NCBI GenBank assembly: GCA_965207225.1
Contig: CBDBLV010000005.1
Coordinates: forward strand, 384,001-448,000
DNA from: Dehalococcoidia bacterium
Lineage (GTDB): Bacteria; Chloroflexota; Dehalococcoidia; Plut-88900
Length of the DNA: 64,000 nt
Direction of reading: 5' to 3'
Positions 42,347 to 52,500 of this stretch are shown in pieces; the first letter of the stretch is position 1, and every line of letters starts with the position of its first letter. The position numbers were made by a program, and so were the translations under genes. Under the pieces are notes generated by a model. It searched no databases. It was given only the letters and a program-made list of their open reading frames with translations, and had not been told where the DNA came from.

Positions 42347-42846
42347 GCTCCTTTAGAAGGGCTTCGCTCTTGTCGGGTCCTCTAACCTGGTAACAACGGT
42401 ATAGTTGCCTGACACGAGGAGAGCCTGTGGACGGTGAGTTTGCAGCATCGAAGTTAGGTCTTGTTGTGGCTTGCCAGGCCGGCTTCTTGAATCGTCTGCT
42501 TGCATTTGCATTTAGAAGTCTTGGAAATGCAGACTCGAGCTGTCTACTGCCAAACGTCCTAATTCATGGGGGCGTTTGCTATACCTATGTAGGGGTACAG
42601 ATGCATTCAAATGGGGCGCATTGGCGCATCCGCTCCCATTTCTGGAATAAGCGCTACCAAGCCCCATATGCGGAAGCCATCACTACCAAAGAGTGGCAAT
42701 TACTTCGCCTGTTTCTAGTCTGTAGGTCCACAGATGGGTACGATTGCTACATACGTGAGTGGCATTTGCTCCTTGCAGACATGCGCCCTTGTGGCTAGAT
42801 TGCTTTTGACTGAGGCACATGTCCGCACAGGAATATCGAAAGCGCC

Positions 42847-44130
42847 ATGCATTCGCGACCTTTTGGAGCCGAAATGCCTAACGAATCCCACTACACCTGG
42901 GTGGTGAGGTCAGCCAGAAAGACAGCAGAAGCCATCTGGATAATCGATCAGAGCTCCAGTCAGGAAGACACCGATGGCTTGAGATACGTGGCGACCGTCG
43001 CCGTCAGGGTGCACTGGTTCATACTCCCAGTATTGATCTTTGAACTGCTGTATCAGCCCTATTACCTGTATGTTGGGATCGCCAGGTTTTTACCCTTTCC
43101 CCTGCTCCTCCTGGCACTGGTCGGGTTCAATGGGTACCTTCACTACCGGTTGCTGACGGCAAGGCCCGTTGCATGGCATATGCTTGTCGCCCTCTGCGTC
43201 CTGGACCTGGTCCTGGTGTCTGCTACGCTGGCGTTGAGCGAAGGGTTCAACCACTCCTTTCTTCACCTGTTCTATTATCCTGCACTTGCCGGGCTCGCAG
43301 CGCTCTTCTCTTCCTTCAGGGTTACCATGGCATGGGTGACGATGGCGTCCGTCGTTTACCTGACGATCAGCTTAACCGTCGGAGATGGCATAGACACGGA
43401 GGCAAGGGACGAGAAGGCATTGCTTGCCAGGATAGCGATCATGTACTTGGTCGTAGCGGCGGTTAACCTGGCAACGGGGTTCGAGCGCTCGAGATGGATG
43501 AGGTCCGTGGAACGAGAACGGGCCCTACAGCGGGAACGGGTGGACCTGTCCCGAGCCATTCACGACACGGCGGCACAGTCCGCCTACATGATCGGGCTGG
43601 GGATCGACACTGCGAGTGCGCAGGTGGGACAGGTGAGTCCGGAGGCGTTAGCGACCCTGCGGGAGACGTCCCGTCTCTCACGTTCCCTCATCTGGGAGCT
43701 TAGACAACCCATCAACATGGGGGGTATTTTCGAGGGCGGGGAATTGAATAGAGCTCTCAGGTCGCATGCGGCCAGCTTTACCAATGTGACATCGGTACCC
43801 GCCGAGGTGACTCACAGAGGGGTCGAGCCTCCGCTGTCGATGGAGGTGAAGAGCCTGCTCTTCTCGATAGCACACAACGCACTGACCAACGCCTATCGGC
43901 ATGCGGAAGCGAGTAATGTGGGCATCTTGTTGGATTTTACCGAGGGACAAAGCCGGCTGTCGGTCTCCGACGATGGGGTAGGGCTTCCGGATGATTACAA
44001 AGAACGAGGGAAGGGATTTGCAAACATGCAGATGGCAGCCGAGCAATTGGGCGGTCATCTTGTCATTGAGAAGAGGGGGCCCAGCGGCGGTGCGACGGTG
44101 ACCTGTCTAATACAACATTCGAGGGTCTAG
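42847..44130 (+). CDS. Membrane sensor histidine kinase (HisKA_3/NarX-type)
   Basis: N-terminal TM helices; RAIHDTAAQ H-box; NALTNAYRHA, DDGVG and GKGFANM. Confidence 0.9.
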   Translation: MHSRPFGAEMPNESHYTWVVRSARKTAEAIWIIDQSSSQEDTDGLRYVATVAVRVHWFILPVLIFELLYQPYYLYVGIARFLPFPLLLLALVGFNGYLHYRLLTARPVAWHMLVALCVLDLVLVSATLALSEGFNHSFLHLFYYPALAGLAALFSSFRVTMAWVTMASVVYLTISLTVGDGIDTEARDEKALLARIAIMYLVVAAVNLATGFERSRWMRSVERERALQRERVDLSRAIHDTAAQSAYMIGLGIDTASAQVGQVSPEALATLRETSRLSRSLIWELRQPINMGGIFEGGELNRALRSHAASFTNVTSVPAEVTHRGVEPPLSMEVKSLLFSIAHNALTNAYRHAEASNVGILLDFTEGQSRLSVSDDGVGLPDDYKERGKGFANMQMAAEQLGGHLVIEKRGPSGGATVTCLIQHSRV

Positions 44131-44143
44131 GAGGATAATCGGA

Positions 44144-44833
44144 ATGTCGGAGGATGGGCGCATAAGGGTAATGATCGTCGACGACCATTCGGTGGTGCGC
44201 GTCGGCCTGAAGCAAGTGCTAGAGCAATCCGGGGAGTTCGAGGTGGTGGGACAGGCGGCTGATGGGGAGGAGGCGGTCAGGGTGGCGACCGAGGTGTCCC
44301 CGGACGTGGTTGTCATGGACGTGATCATGCCGGGTAAGGATGGAGTGGAGGCGTGCCGGGAGATAATGGAGTCGGCGCCCGAAATACGGGTGGTTATGTT
44401 GACGGCCTCGACCGAGGTAGACGCCATTGTAGAGGCCGTGGCCGCAGGCGCTACCGGATTCCTTCAGAAAGAAACGGACAGGGAGAGACTGCTGTCCGCC
44501 GTGCGAGACGCTGTCTTGGGAGAACTCAGTGTCCCAGTTGAAGTTGTCAGACGTGCGTTTGAAGGAATACGTTGTACCGGAGTGAGAGGAGATCCCGCTG
44601 TTGCCGCCGGTTTAACTCAGAGAGAGCGGCAGATACTCGTCTCCTTCGCCCAGGGCATGTCCTACGCCCGAATCGCTCAGACGAGGGGCGTCAAGCCGGT
44701 AACCGTCCGAAACGCCGTTTATGGCATCCAGCAGAAGCTGAAAATAGGGACAATGCAGGGCCTCGTGCTGTGGTCCGTCAGAAATGGGCTGCTGGACAAC
44801 TATCAGGCATGCACTTCCCACATAAGTCAGTGA
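44144..44833 (+). CDS. NarL/LuxR-family response regulator
   Basis: REC (IVDDH, MDVIMP, LQK) plus LuxR HTH (LTQRERQIL...TVRNAVYGIQQKL); GGAGG RBS. Confidence 0.92.
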   Translation: MSEDGRIRVMIVDDHSVVRVGLKQVLEQSGEFEVVGQAADGEEAVRVATEVSPDVVVMDVIMPGKDGVEACREIMESAPEIRVVMLTASTEVDAIVEAVAAGATGFLQKETDRERLLSAVRDAVLGELSVPVEVVRRAFEGIRCTGVRGDPAVAAGLTQRERQILVSFAQGMSYARIAQTRGVKPVTVRNAVYGIQQKLKIGTMQGLVLWSVRNGLLDNYQACTSHISQ

Positions 44834-45310
44834 TAACCTACGTATGCGCGAAGCAAGTAGCCAGATAGCCTTCTGCCTACAGTATACAGAAGTACCAGCG
44901 AGAGCCCAATGCCTCAGTTAGCATTGTTCGATCAGCAACCAAAGAGACACGTGGCACAGAAATGATGGGCGATTATTCTGTTTCCACCGCTTTGACAGTG
45001 AGATATTGGATCATGGACGTCTCTTTAGATTTAGCCATTTCATACCCAAAGGACAATTCGATAATGAAACAAAGAAGTCCAACAAACCAGACTGCAACGA
45101 ATAAAGTATTGCCATAGCAGAATGATCGGGGTTCCTGGACCAACGATTTGATCTCGAACTGACCTAAATCCCTACCCACGAAAGGGTAACGGATTCGAAA
45201 AGCTTTCGTCAGATCACACCACTCTAGTCGTAAATTGTTGTCGCACCCTCACCCATCCCCCCCTTTGCTCCTCGAATGGTCTCCCCGGCAGGGTCTCCCT
45301 TCTTCATCCA

Positions 45311-48094
45311 TTACGGACTTTCCACGACGTCCGTGACCCTGACGGTCACTCTTATCGTACTCGCCGCTCCGTGGCTGTCGGTGGCCGCTGCGGTCAGTGT
45401 ATAGATTGTGGTCGTCTCAAAGTCCAGCACGCCCGCCACCGACAACTCCCCGCTTACGGAGTTCATCTGGAACTTCCCGCCTTCGTTCCCCGCCGTTATG
45501 GAATAGGTGAGTGCGCTCAGGTCTATGGCCTCCGCATATATGGTCCCAACCACATCACCCACCGACGCATCCTCAGCCACCCTGAATGTGTATGAGTTAA
45601 CGTAGAATGTCGGGGCACAACTCACCATGTCCTGGAATTCGGCGGTGTGAAAGTCGTTGTTGGGGGTCCCTAGCAGCCCTACGGGAATACATCCACCAAA
45701 GGAGTTCCCTGACAGGGCCACGTGAGTCAGGTTAAGCCGGCTCAGGCTCCTGGGCATACTGCCAGTCAATCGATTGTCCCTGAGCAGCAGTTGCTCAAGG
45801 CTCCCCATGTTGCCCAGTTCCGAGGGAATGCTGCCACTGAGGTCATTGTCGTTAAGGGCAAGTACCCTCAACGCGTTCAGATTGCCCAACTCTTCCGGTA
45901 TCTCCCCGCTCATCCGGTTGTCCTCAAGGTACAGCACCTGGAGCCTGCTGAGGTTACCCAACTCCTCAGGTATCCCTCCACTGAGCTGGTTCCCAAACAG
46001 GTACAGGTGGGTCAGTTGAGAGAGTCTACCCAACTCCGCAGGTATGCCGCCCGTGAGGTCGTTCTCGTCCAGGTCGATCCTGCTCAGCCCGCTCAACTCC
46101 CCAAGTTCGGTGGGTATGCTCCCGTTCAACCCCACGTCCGTCAGCCTCAGCATCCGCACCCGAGACGGGGTCCCATACACCCTGATGCCTTCCCAACTGC
46201 TTATGGCCGTTTCTCCATCCCAATCAATACTCCCGCTGCCGCTCAGCGTTCCCCTAGATCCGTACAGGTTTAAGCAGTCCTCCACCAGCCCCGGGTTGTC
46301 CGCGGGACTCGGCACAACCACCCCATTCCTGCATATCGACGTTACCGTTATTGTCACTGTTGCCTCGGCAGTCGCCCCACTGCTGTCCCGTACCTCTACC
46401 GTTAAGGTGTGAGCGGGCGTCGATGCGTAGCTCAACTCTCCAGCCACCGTTATCTGGCCCGTGCTCGACCCTACCGAGAACCCCCCTGATTCGTTGCCCG
46501 CAGTTATGGAATACGCCAAAGTGTCCCCTGCGTCCGGGTCTGTCGCCGATACGGTGCCCACTACCTCTCCTGTATCCTCGTCCTCTTCTACACTGAAGGC
46601 GTAGGACGAGGACACGAATGCCGGGGGCAGATTGCACGTGCCTGTCGTCAGCATCACAACCTCGGACCACAGCCCCGCCCTCTCGTTGTAGGTCGACCCG
46701 TCTCCATATGCCCCAATCCTGAACTCGTGGCCGCTCTCGCACAATAGGTCGGCCGCAGAGTATGTCGTTCCCGTGGCAGAATCGTCCAAGGTAGTCCAGT
46801 TCGTGTTTACGCTTATCCGGTTCTGCACGTGATATCCCGTGGCGTCGGTCACGGCGTCCCAAGACAGCTCGGCTCCAGTGTTGCCCGAGAGCGTCGCTGT
46901 CAGGCCGGCAGGCGCCGGCGCATACACCGCAGGCGGCTGGGAGGGCGTGAAGGTGTCCGTAGAGCCGTCATCTGGCGTGATGTCATCATATGCACCGATG
47001 TCCCGGTAGTACTGGTTCAACCCGCTCACATTCCCTATCCGGTCATCAGCGTAGGCATCGCTGGCCGCCGCCGTTGTGATCCGGCTCCTCAGGTTGGCCA
47101 GGGTCTGCGTATGCTCGGGGTCTCCCTCTGCCACACCGTACCTTACCGCCTGCACCACCCCCTGATCATCAAGTTGAAGATCCCACTGCTCTATTACCTG
47201 CCATGCCTCTATCGCTATAGTGTTGTGAGCTCCCATCGGCGCTAGGAACAATACGCTCTCTCGAGATTCGAATATGGTATCCAACACCATCTCTACGGTG
47301 GTTGCAATCTCTTCGAGATATGCCCCGTATTCCTCCTCGCTGAACAGAACCTCTTCTCCGAACTCTCCCTGTTCATGGGCAAGCTTGTAAAGATCGTAGG
47401 ACCGGGCCTCTCCCCGTCGGTCATAGGCAACCGTCAAGCTCTCAGTGTTTGTGATTGTTGGACCCAACAGATATTCGGATACCGTATAGTCCACATAGCA
47501 ACCCAGGAACATATAGTCTTCCGTCAACCCTCCCATCGCGAGAGACCGGAAGTTCGCTTTCACCGTCTCGGGATATATAGAATTGATTCGTTCGAGCTCT
47601 GCGTCGAACCGTCCTGCTATTACGGTCGGGGAGGGCAAAGGTGTAGGCTCTTCTATCTCCAGCCAAAATCGTATGGCTTCCTCTCGTTGGGCGAGACTCC
47701 TGGCAATCCCCCGCCACTGACATCGTACGCTGTCGCTGTCTGATGTTCCCCTGACCACGAGGTGTGCAGGTGATGCCCCAGCCAAAACCAACCCTGACTC
47801 CAGTACGTCCTCCACCGTGGCAGCAGGCTGAGGTTCAAAGGCAGCTCCCTGAGCAGCAGGCGGAGTAAACAGATCGATAGCAGTTACGTCTCTGGGTGTA
47901 CAATCAGCATCAAGGCCCTCGCAAGGCGACCAAATAGGCTCTTCCACAGATGTCGTTTCGGCTGGCGAGGCAATTTCCACAGATCCCACACCTGAGTCAC
48001 AGGCTAGAGAAATGGCAAGGGCAATTGCGAAGGGCGCAATCATCACGCTAGCCAGTACCCATGACCTCCGAGACTTGAAAATTCTCTTGATCAT
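45311..48094 (-). CDS. Surface lipoprotein: uncharacterised N-domain + Fn3 + cadherin + LRR + cadherin
   Basis: Lipobox-like AISLAC; Fn3; cadherin motifs (PPAF, ATDPD, YSITAGN, LDFE); 24-aa LRRs. Confidence 0.88.
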   Translation of the reverse strand: MIKRIFKSRRSWVLASVMIAPFAIALAISLACDSGVGSVEIASPAETTSVEEPIWSPCEGLDADCTPRDVTAIDLFTPPAAQGAAFEPQPAATVEDVLESGLVLAGASPAHLVVRGTSDSDSVRCQWRGIARSLAQREEAIRFWLEIEEPTPLPSPTVIAGRFDAELERINSIYPETVKANFRSLAMGGLTEDYMFLGCYVDYTVSEYLLGPTITNTESLTVAYDRRGEARSYDLYKLAHEQGEFGEEVLFSEEEYGAYLEEIATTVEMVLDTIFESRESVLFLAPMGAHNTIAIEAWQVIEQWDLQLDDQGVVQAVRYGVAEGDPEHTQTLANLRSRITTAAASDAYADDRIGNVSGLNQYYRDIGAYDDITPDDGSTDTFTPSQPPAVYAPAPAGLTATLSGNTGAELSWDAVTDATGYHVQNRISVNTNWTTLDDSATGTTYSAADLLCESGHEFRIGAYGDGSTYNERAGLWSEVVMLTTGTCNLPPAFVSSSYAFSVEEDEDTGEVVGTVSATDPDAGDTLAYSITAGNESGGFSVGSSTGQITVAGELSYASTPAHTLTVEVRDSSGATAEATVTITVTSICRNGVVVPSPADNPGLVEDCLNLYGSRGTLSGSGSIDWDGETAISSWEGIRVYGTPSRVRMLRLTDVGLNGSIPTELGELSGLSRIDLDENDLTGGIPAELGRLSQLTHLYLFGNQLSGGIPEELGNLSRLQVLYLEDNRMSGEIPEELGNLNALRVLALNDNDLSGSIPSELGNMGSLEQLLLRDNRLTGSMPRSLSRLNLTHVALSGNSFGGCIPVGLLGTPNNDFHTAEFQDMVSCAPTFYVNSYTFRVAEDASVGDVVGTIYAEAIDLSALTYSITAGNEGGKFQMNSVSGELSVAGVLDFETTTIYTLTAAATDSHGAASTIRVTVRVTDVVESP

Positions 48095-48250
48095 GGGCTC
48101 ACTTCCTCACTTACCTCGCAACTCTTTAGACTAGTGGCCTTCAACCAATCATCTTCCGATTCGATGGGTGCTCGGACTCTCGTTTTGACGCCCAAAATGT
48201 TCATAAGCTTGCGTGTAATTGGTAGCGCGTTGATTGAGATGATGCCTACA

Positions 48251-49522
48251 CTAGTTGGCCGTTTCAGCCAGGACCAGTTGGTTGTTACTGTCCCTATAAA
48301 CTAGATTGCGCATGTCCGAACCGTCGGGCGCCACGGAATAAACTATGTAGCCGCCCGGACCGACGTCCCTAACTACCGCTATTCTAGAACTGTCTGGCGA
48401 CCAGGTTGCAAAATTGCCCGTTCCGATCTCTCGATGGTTCGAGCCGTCCGTGCTCGCGACGAAAACCTTTCCGATTCGTCGTGATCCACCTGGCAGCAAG
48501 GAGAATAGCAATTTGGTCCCGTCCGGTGACCATGATAGGCTGACTCCCGGTTGAATTTCTCTCGAAAATTCAACAACTGGACGTTGTTCGGATCCGTCTG
48601 CATTGATAATGACTACCCTTGCCACTGGAGGCTCGCTCGTGTCCTCCTCCGGGTGCATGCTGAGAATGAACGCCATCTTCTGACCATCGGGCGACCAGGC
48701 CGGATGTCCCACTATTTCATTTACAAACTCATGCTTCTCACGAATCGGCGATTCATACACTCGACTCAGCCCCGAGGCATCCGCTTCTATGACATAAAGA
48801 ACGTGGCGCAGCTGTGGAATAGGCCTTAGGGGCCCGGCAGCGTTCTCTTGGCCCGTGAAAGCAAGCCTCTTGCCGTCAGGCGACCATACCGGACCCGCTA
48901 CATGCAGGGAAGAGCTGCGAAGGAGCCAACGCACGTCGGCTCCATCCGCAGCCATCGTGAATATTCCTGAGTCTTCAAAAAACTCCCCACTTTCACTGAA
49001 TCTAGCAAAGGCAATTCGCGTCCCATCGGGTGACCATGCTGGGTACAGATAATTGGGCTCCCTGCCGGCTTCCGTGGGACGTTGCCGGTCCGAGCCATCA
49101 ATCTTCCGTGTCTCGATTAAGAAAGGGAGATCTCTGTGTGCCTCGGGTGCGGTGTAGACAACGCGTTCACCGTCAGGGGAGATACTAGGATCGTATCCAT
49201 CCTCAACAATGAGGTCCAGATCAGAGCCATCCGATGCTACCACATAGATGCGATTCTCTAGCTCAGCCTGCGAATATTGCACAAACACGACGTGGCTTCC
49301 ATCGGCCGACCACTGGATATGTCGCAACGTTGGCCAGTAACGGCGTGCATCCTCGAAATTAAGAATATCTTGGTACCTAGCTTCGTCAGCGATATACCCT
49401 CCACCTCCGCAAAACGAGCCGGGACTTGACGCAAGAGTAAGCATAGATACCACAGCTAACCCAATAAGCGTCCTTAGATTAGGGGCGAGGACCTCAGCTA
49501 TATTGCTCCTTAGAAGTTTCAC
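48251..49522 (-). CDS. TolB-like (PD40) beta-propeller exported protein
   Basis: Multiple P.WSPDG repeats; signal-like N-terminus; 4-bp overlap with the stop of the upstream giant gene. Confidence 0.85.
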   Translation of the reverse strand: MKLLRSNIAEVLAPNLRTLIGLAVVSMLTLASSPGSFCGGGGYIADEARYQDILNFEDARRYWPTLRHIQWSADGSHVVFVQYSQAELENRIYVVASDGSDLDLIVEDGYDPSISPDGERVVYTAPEAHRDLPFLIETRKIDGSDRQRPTEAGREPNYLYPAWSPDGTRIAFARFSESGEFFEDSGIFTMAADGADVRWLLRSSSLHVAGPVWSPDGKRLAFTGQENAAGPLRPIPQLRHVLYVIEADASGLSRVYESPIREKHEFVNEIVGHPAWSPDGQKMAFILSMHPEEDTSEPPVARVVIINADGSEQRPVVEFSREIQPGVSLSWSPDGTKLLFSLLPGGSRRIGKVFVASTDGSNHREIGTGNFATWSPDSSRIAVVRDVGPGGYIVYSVAPDGSDMRNLVYRDSNNQLVLAETAN

Positions 49523-52500
49523 TTAGCCACGGATCCGTATAGGGCAAAAATGGCCATTATGTCAAAGGGGTGTGGGGAACAGTCTGGTTCTCGAAACTCA
49601 GCAGGTGCAAGCGGATATCGGTTCCCTGCCTCGTGATCATAATTCATAGCTGCATCCGGGATTGTTGGATGGGCAACATCATAAGGTTGCCAAAATTCCA
49701 AGAGGCTTATGTCGGCCAATCCAAGGGCGTGCCCAGCCTCATGCACGGCAATGGTATATGCCTTGTACCCGCCGTCTGGATCTCCCTTATACGGGTAATC
49801 AGGAAGACACATGTTGACACTAACGTTCGAGGGCCGGTTGAGGTCACCAGATCCTGCTTTCGTACCCGGTCCCGTCTCCGAGGGAGTAGGGGGCAAGAAC
49901 ATCTCTACGCCATCTCTATTCTTGCGGTTGAACGTAACGTCGACACCAGGCAGCGTATTCGAAGCCTTTCGATCGAAGCCAGTGGTCAACAACAGCGCGA
50001 GGCCCCAAACCCGGTCTAGATTACCAAGGTCATCATCCTCAACAAAATCAAGGAATGCTTGTCTTACCGCGGAATCATGGCCTACACCTGTATAGCCGGT
50101 GAAGGATGTCGTACAAGCGGGTGTGTTGGGATTTGAAAGACACAAGCCCTTGAACACATCCGATTTGACTTCCGGCAAGCTCCATATACTTCGATTCTCT
50201 TGGGTGTCGAGCATTCGAACTTCGCTCTGGGAATCATCTAACTCCATTATCAAGTTCTCCATTGTGCCTCCAGAAGCACAGGAGCCGGAAGCCCTCCGCA
50301 CTGTAATAAATCCGTCTGTGGCTGTTTCCCACTCTCCAAAAGCATCCATGATGATGGTTTGCCACACTTGCCAGTATTCAGTTGGAAAGTCACTTTGGCA
50401 AATGACGTAGTCAAATGCTCTCTGATCATGGTGTCCAAAGAAGGGATAAGTTCCTACGCGCTGTCTTTCACCTGGGAATTCGTTTGAGATCCATACGTAG
50501 GCATCTCTAACCGAGAACACCTTGGTGTCGTTGACTTTCTTCACGTAGTTGACTTGGAAAGCGTAGATTTGTTCCGACTCGAGGGTTTCAATAGTCCTAG
50601 ACACTCTTGTCGATGACGGAGGCAAGAAAGGACCTTCAGTTTCACCTACTTCGTAATAGGGCCATGTGGCGAACTCGGGCCAAGACGTTTCCCAATGAAA
50701 TGTTGGCGGACTTGGTGAATCTCCTAGGAGTCTATACCTAACTACATATTCCTTAACACTAGATATTGCATCCCATTCAATGAGTGCCCTGTCGTCACCT
50801 GTAGCCCTCGCCTGACCCTGGGTCAAAATTGGATTGTCGATGATGGTGATCGTATTGCTGTGAAGGCTATCATCCAACGGGCGAGAAGGAGCCACGGTAG
50901 ACTTTATGCGAATCTCGTACGAATCCGCATGTGCTAGTCCGCGCGAATGTAGGATGTCGTCGAGATCTATATCAATCTCACAACACGCTGTACCTCCTCC
51001 TAATGCTGTCCAGGTATTCCAAGGGTCGGGAGGAGTATTGCTAACACTGGGATCCCTTGCTTCAACAACAAATCCGTCTGCGTTAGAGTCACCCGTCCAA
51101 CTCAGCCTGGCCTTCCTGAGTGGAAGGGGCGTAACGGTAAGGTCTTGCGGTGGGCAGAGTTGAGCACTGGTATCCGTACTTACGGTCACTGGTGGGTCTG
51201 AGAAGTCACTCCATTCCACTGAGCCAACCATTTGGTCGCCCCTTCCACTCTGGATGCGGAAGTCGTAACTAACATCACACTCCAGACTCTGGAAGGTATG
51301 CTCCGTTTTGACGGGTTCGATGAGTTTCTGTTTCCACGCAGCTTCAGCAGTCTTTCTGTATTCCAACCGGTATCTCTCTGCACCGGCTACTGCGTCCCAT
51401 TCCACGGTGACGGATGAGGATCCCGGAGGCGAAGTTGTGCTCACTCTCAGGTTGGGGATGCAGAGATCGTCGGTATTCGCTTCCCTAGAGACCGTACCTC
51501 CCCACTCCACAAGTTCTTGAAGGTCCATCCTACCGCTCTGGACTCTGAACTCGTACCATGTGTCGCAGTCCAATCCCTCAACGGTGTATTCCGGCCCATT
51601 GTGGGTGCCCATTATCTCGACTGGAGGACCGTCCGGCACTGACGGGTCAGAGGGGTTGGCCTTTGGCATCAGTTTTTGGTAACTGATGCGATAGAAGTCA
51701 GCCACGCCGGTGAGGCGAGTCCAACTCAGGTCGACAGAGGTAATTCCCGGCGTGGACGCGGGCTCGGATACTGTGAGGGCGGGGGGAGCACAGAGGTTGC
51801 TGGTACTCTCCCAATCGGTGGCGCCTGCGCCCGGCTTCCAGGGATCATCCAGGTATCCTCCCGTACCCCCGTGAACGCGGAATATGTACTCGGTGTTGCA
51901 GTCCAATTCCATCACTTCTAGCCTGTTGCTTTTGACGTCATCGCTGGCTACATCTTCCCAACCGGAGTGTATTGGGTCGTGGAAGGGATCGTTAGCACCC
52001 GTGCTGATGTGGCGCTGAACCCTGTAACCGTCGGCTCCGGTCACCTCGTCCCAGTTCACGATTAGGGTATCGTGGGTTGTGAGGTTAAGGGAGAGATCGG
52101 GAGTCTCCACTTCGACGTTGGTGGGAGCAGGGAGAGTGATGTCGATCACGATTACCGTAGCCTCTGAAGGTGTGCCCAACACATAGGTGGAGTTAGTATC
52201 GAGAGTTATGGTGACGGATCCGTCGGACTCAACGACGTCATCGGCTTCGGACCCAATGGTAAGGATAGTGCTGTCGCTGTTTGCGGGAATAATTGCGCTT
52301 GCCGGGATCATCCCCTCGATGAACTCACCTATCTGGGTCACATCCACATCGACTACCAGTGCCGATGCCGGGGCATGATCTCGGCTCACCTTGAACTCCA
52401 CATCCTCACCCTCATTCACCTCGGAGTCGATATCCACAGCTTCAATAGTGACCGTGGGGAGGCAGGCGGCGTCGGTGCGTATGGGCTCGGTCATGGCCGA

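Noticed and set aside
44855-44915. Possible fourth degenerate copy of the dispersed repeat (tagccagatag...agtac)
   Set aside because: The match is too short and the hairpin arms are absent.
44973-45179. Small AT-rich ORF with one hydrophobic stretch
   Set aside because: Short, with no RBS or homology cue; it cannot be distinguished from chance.
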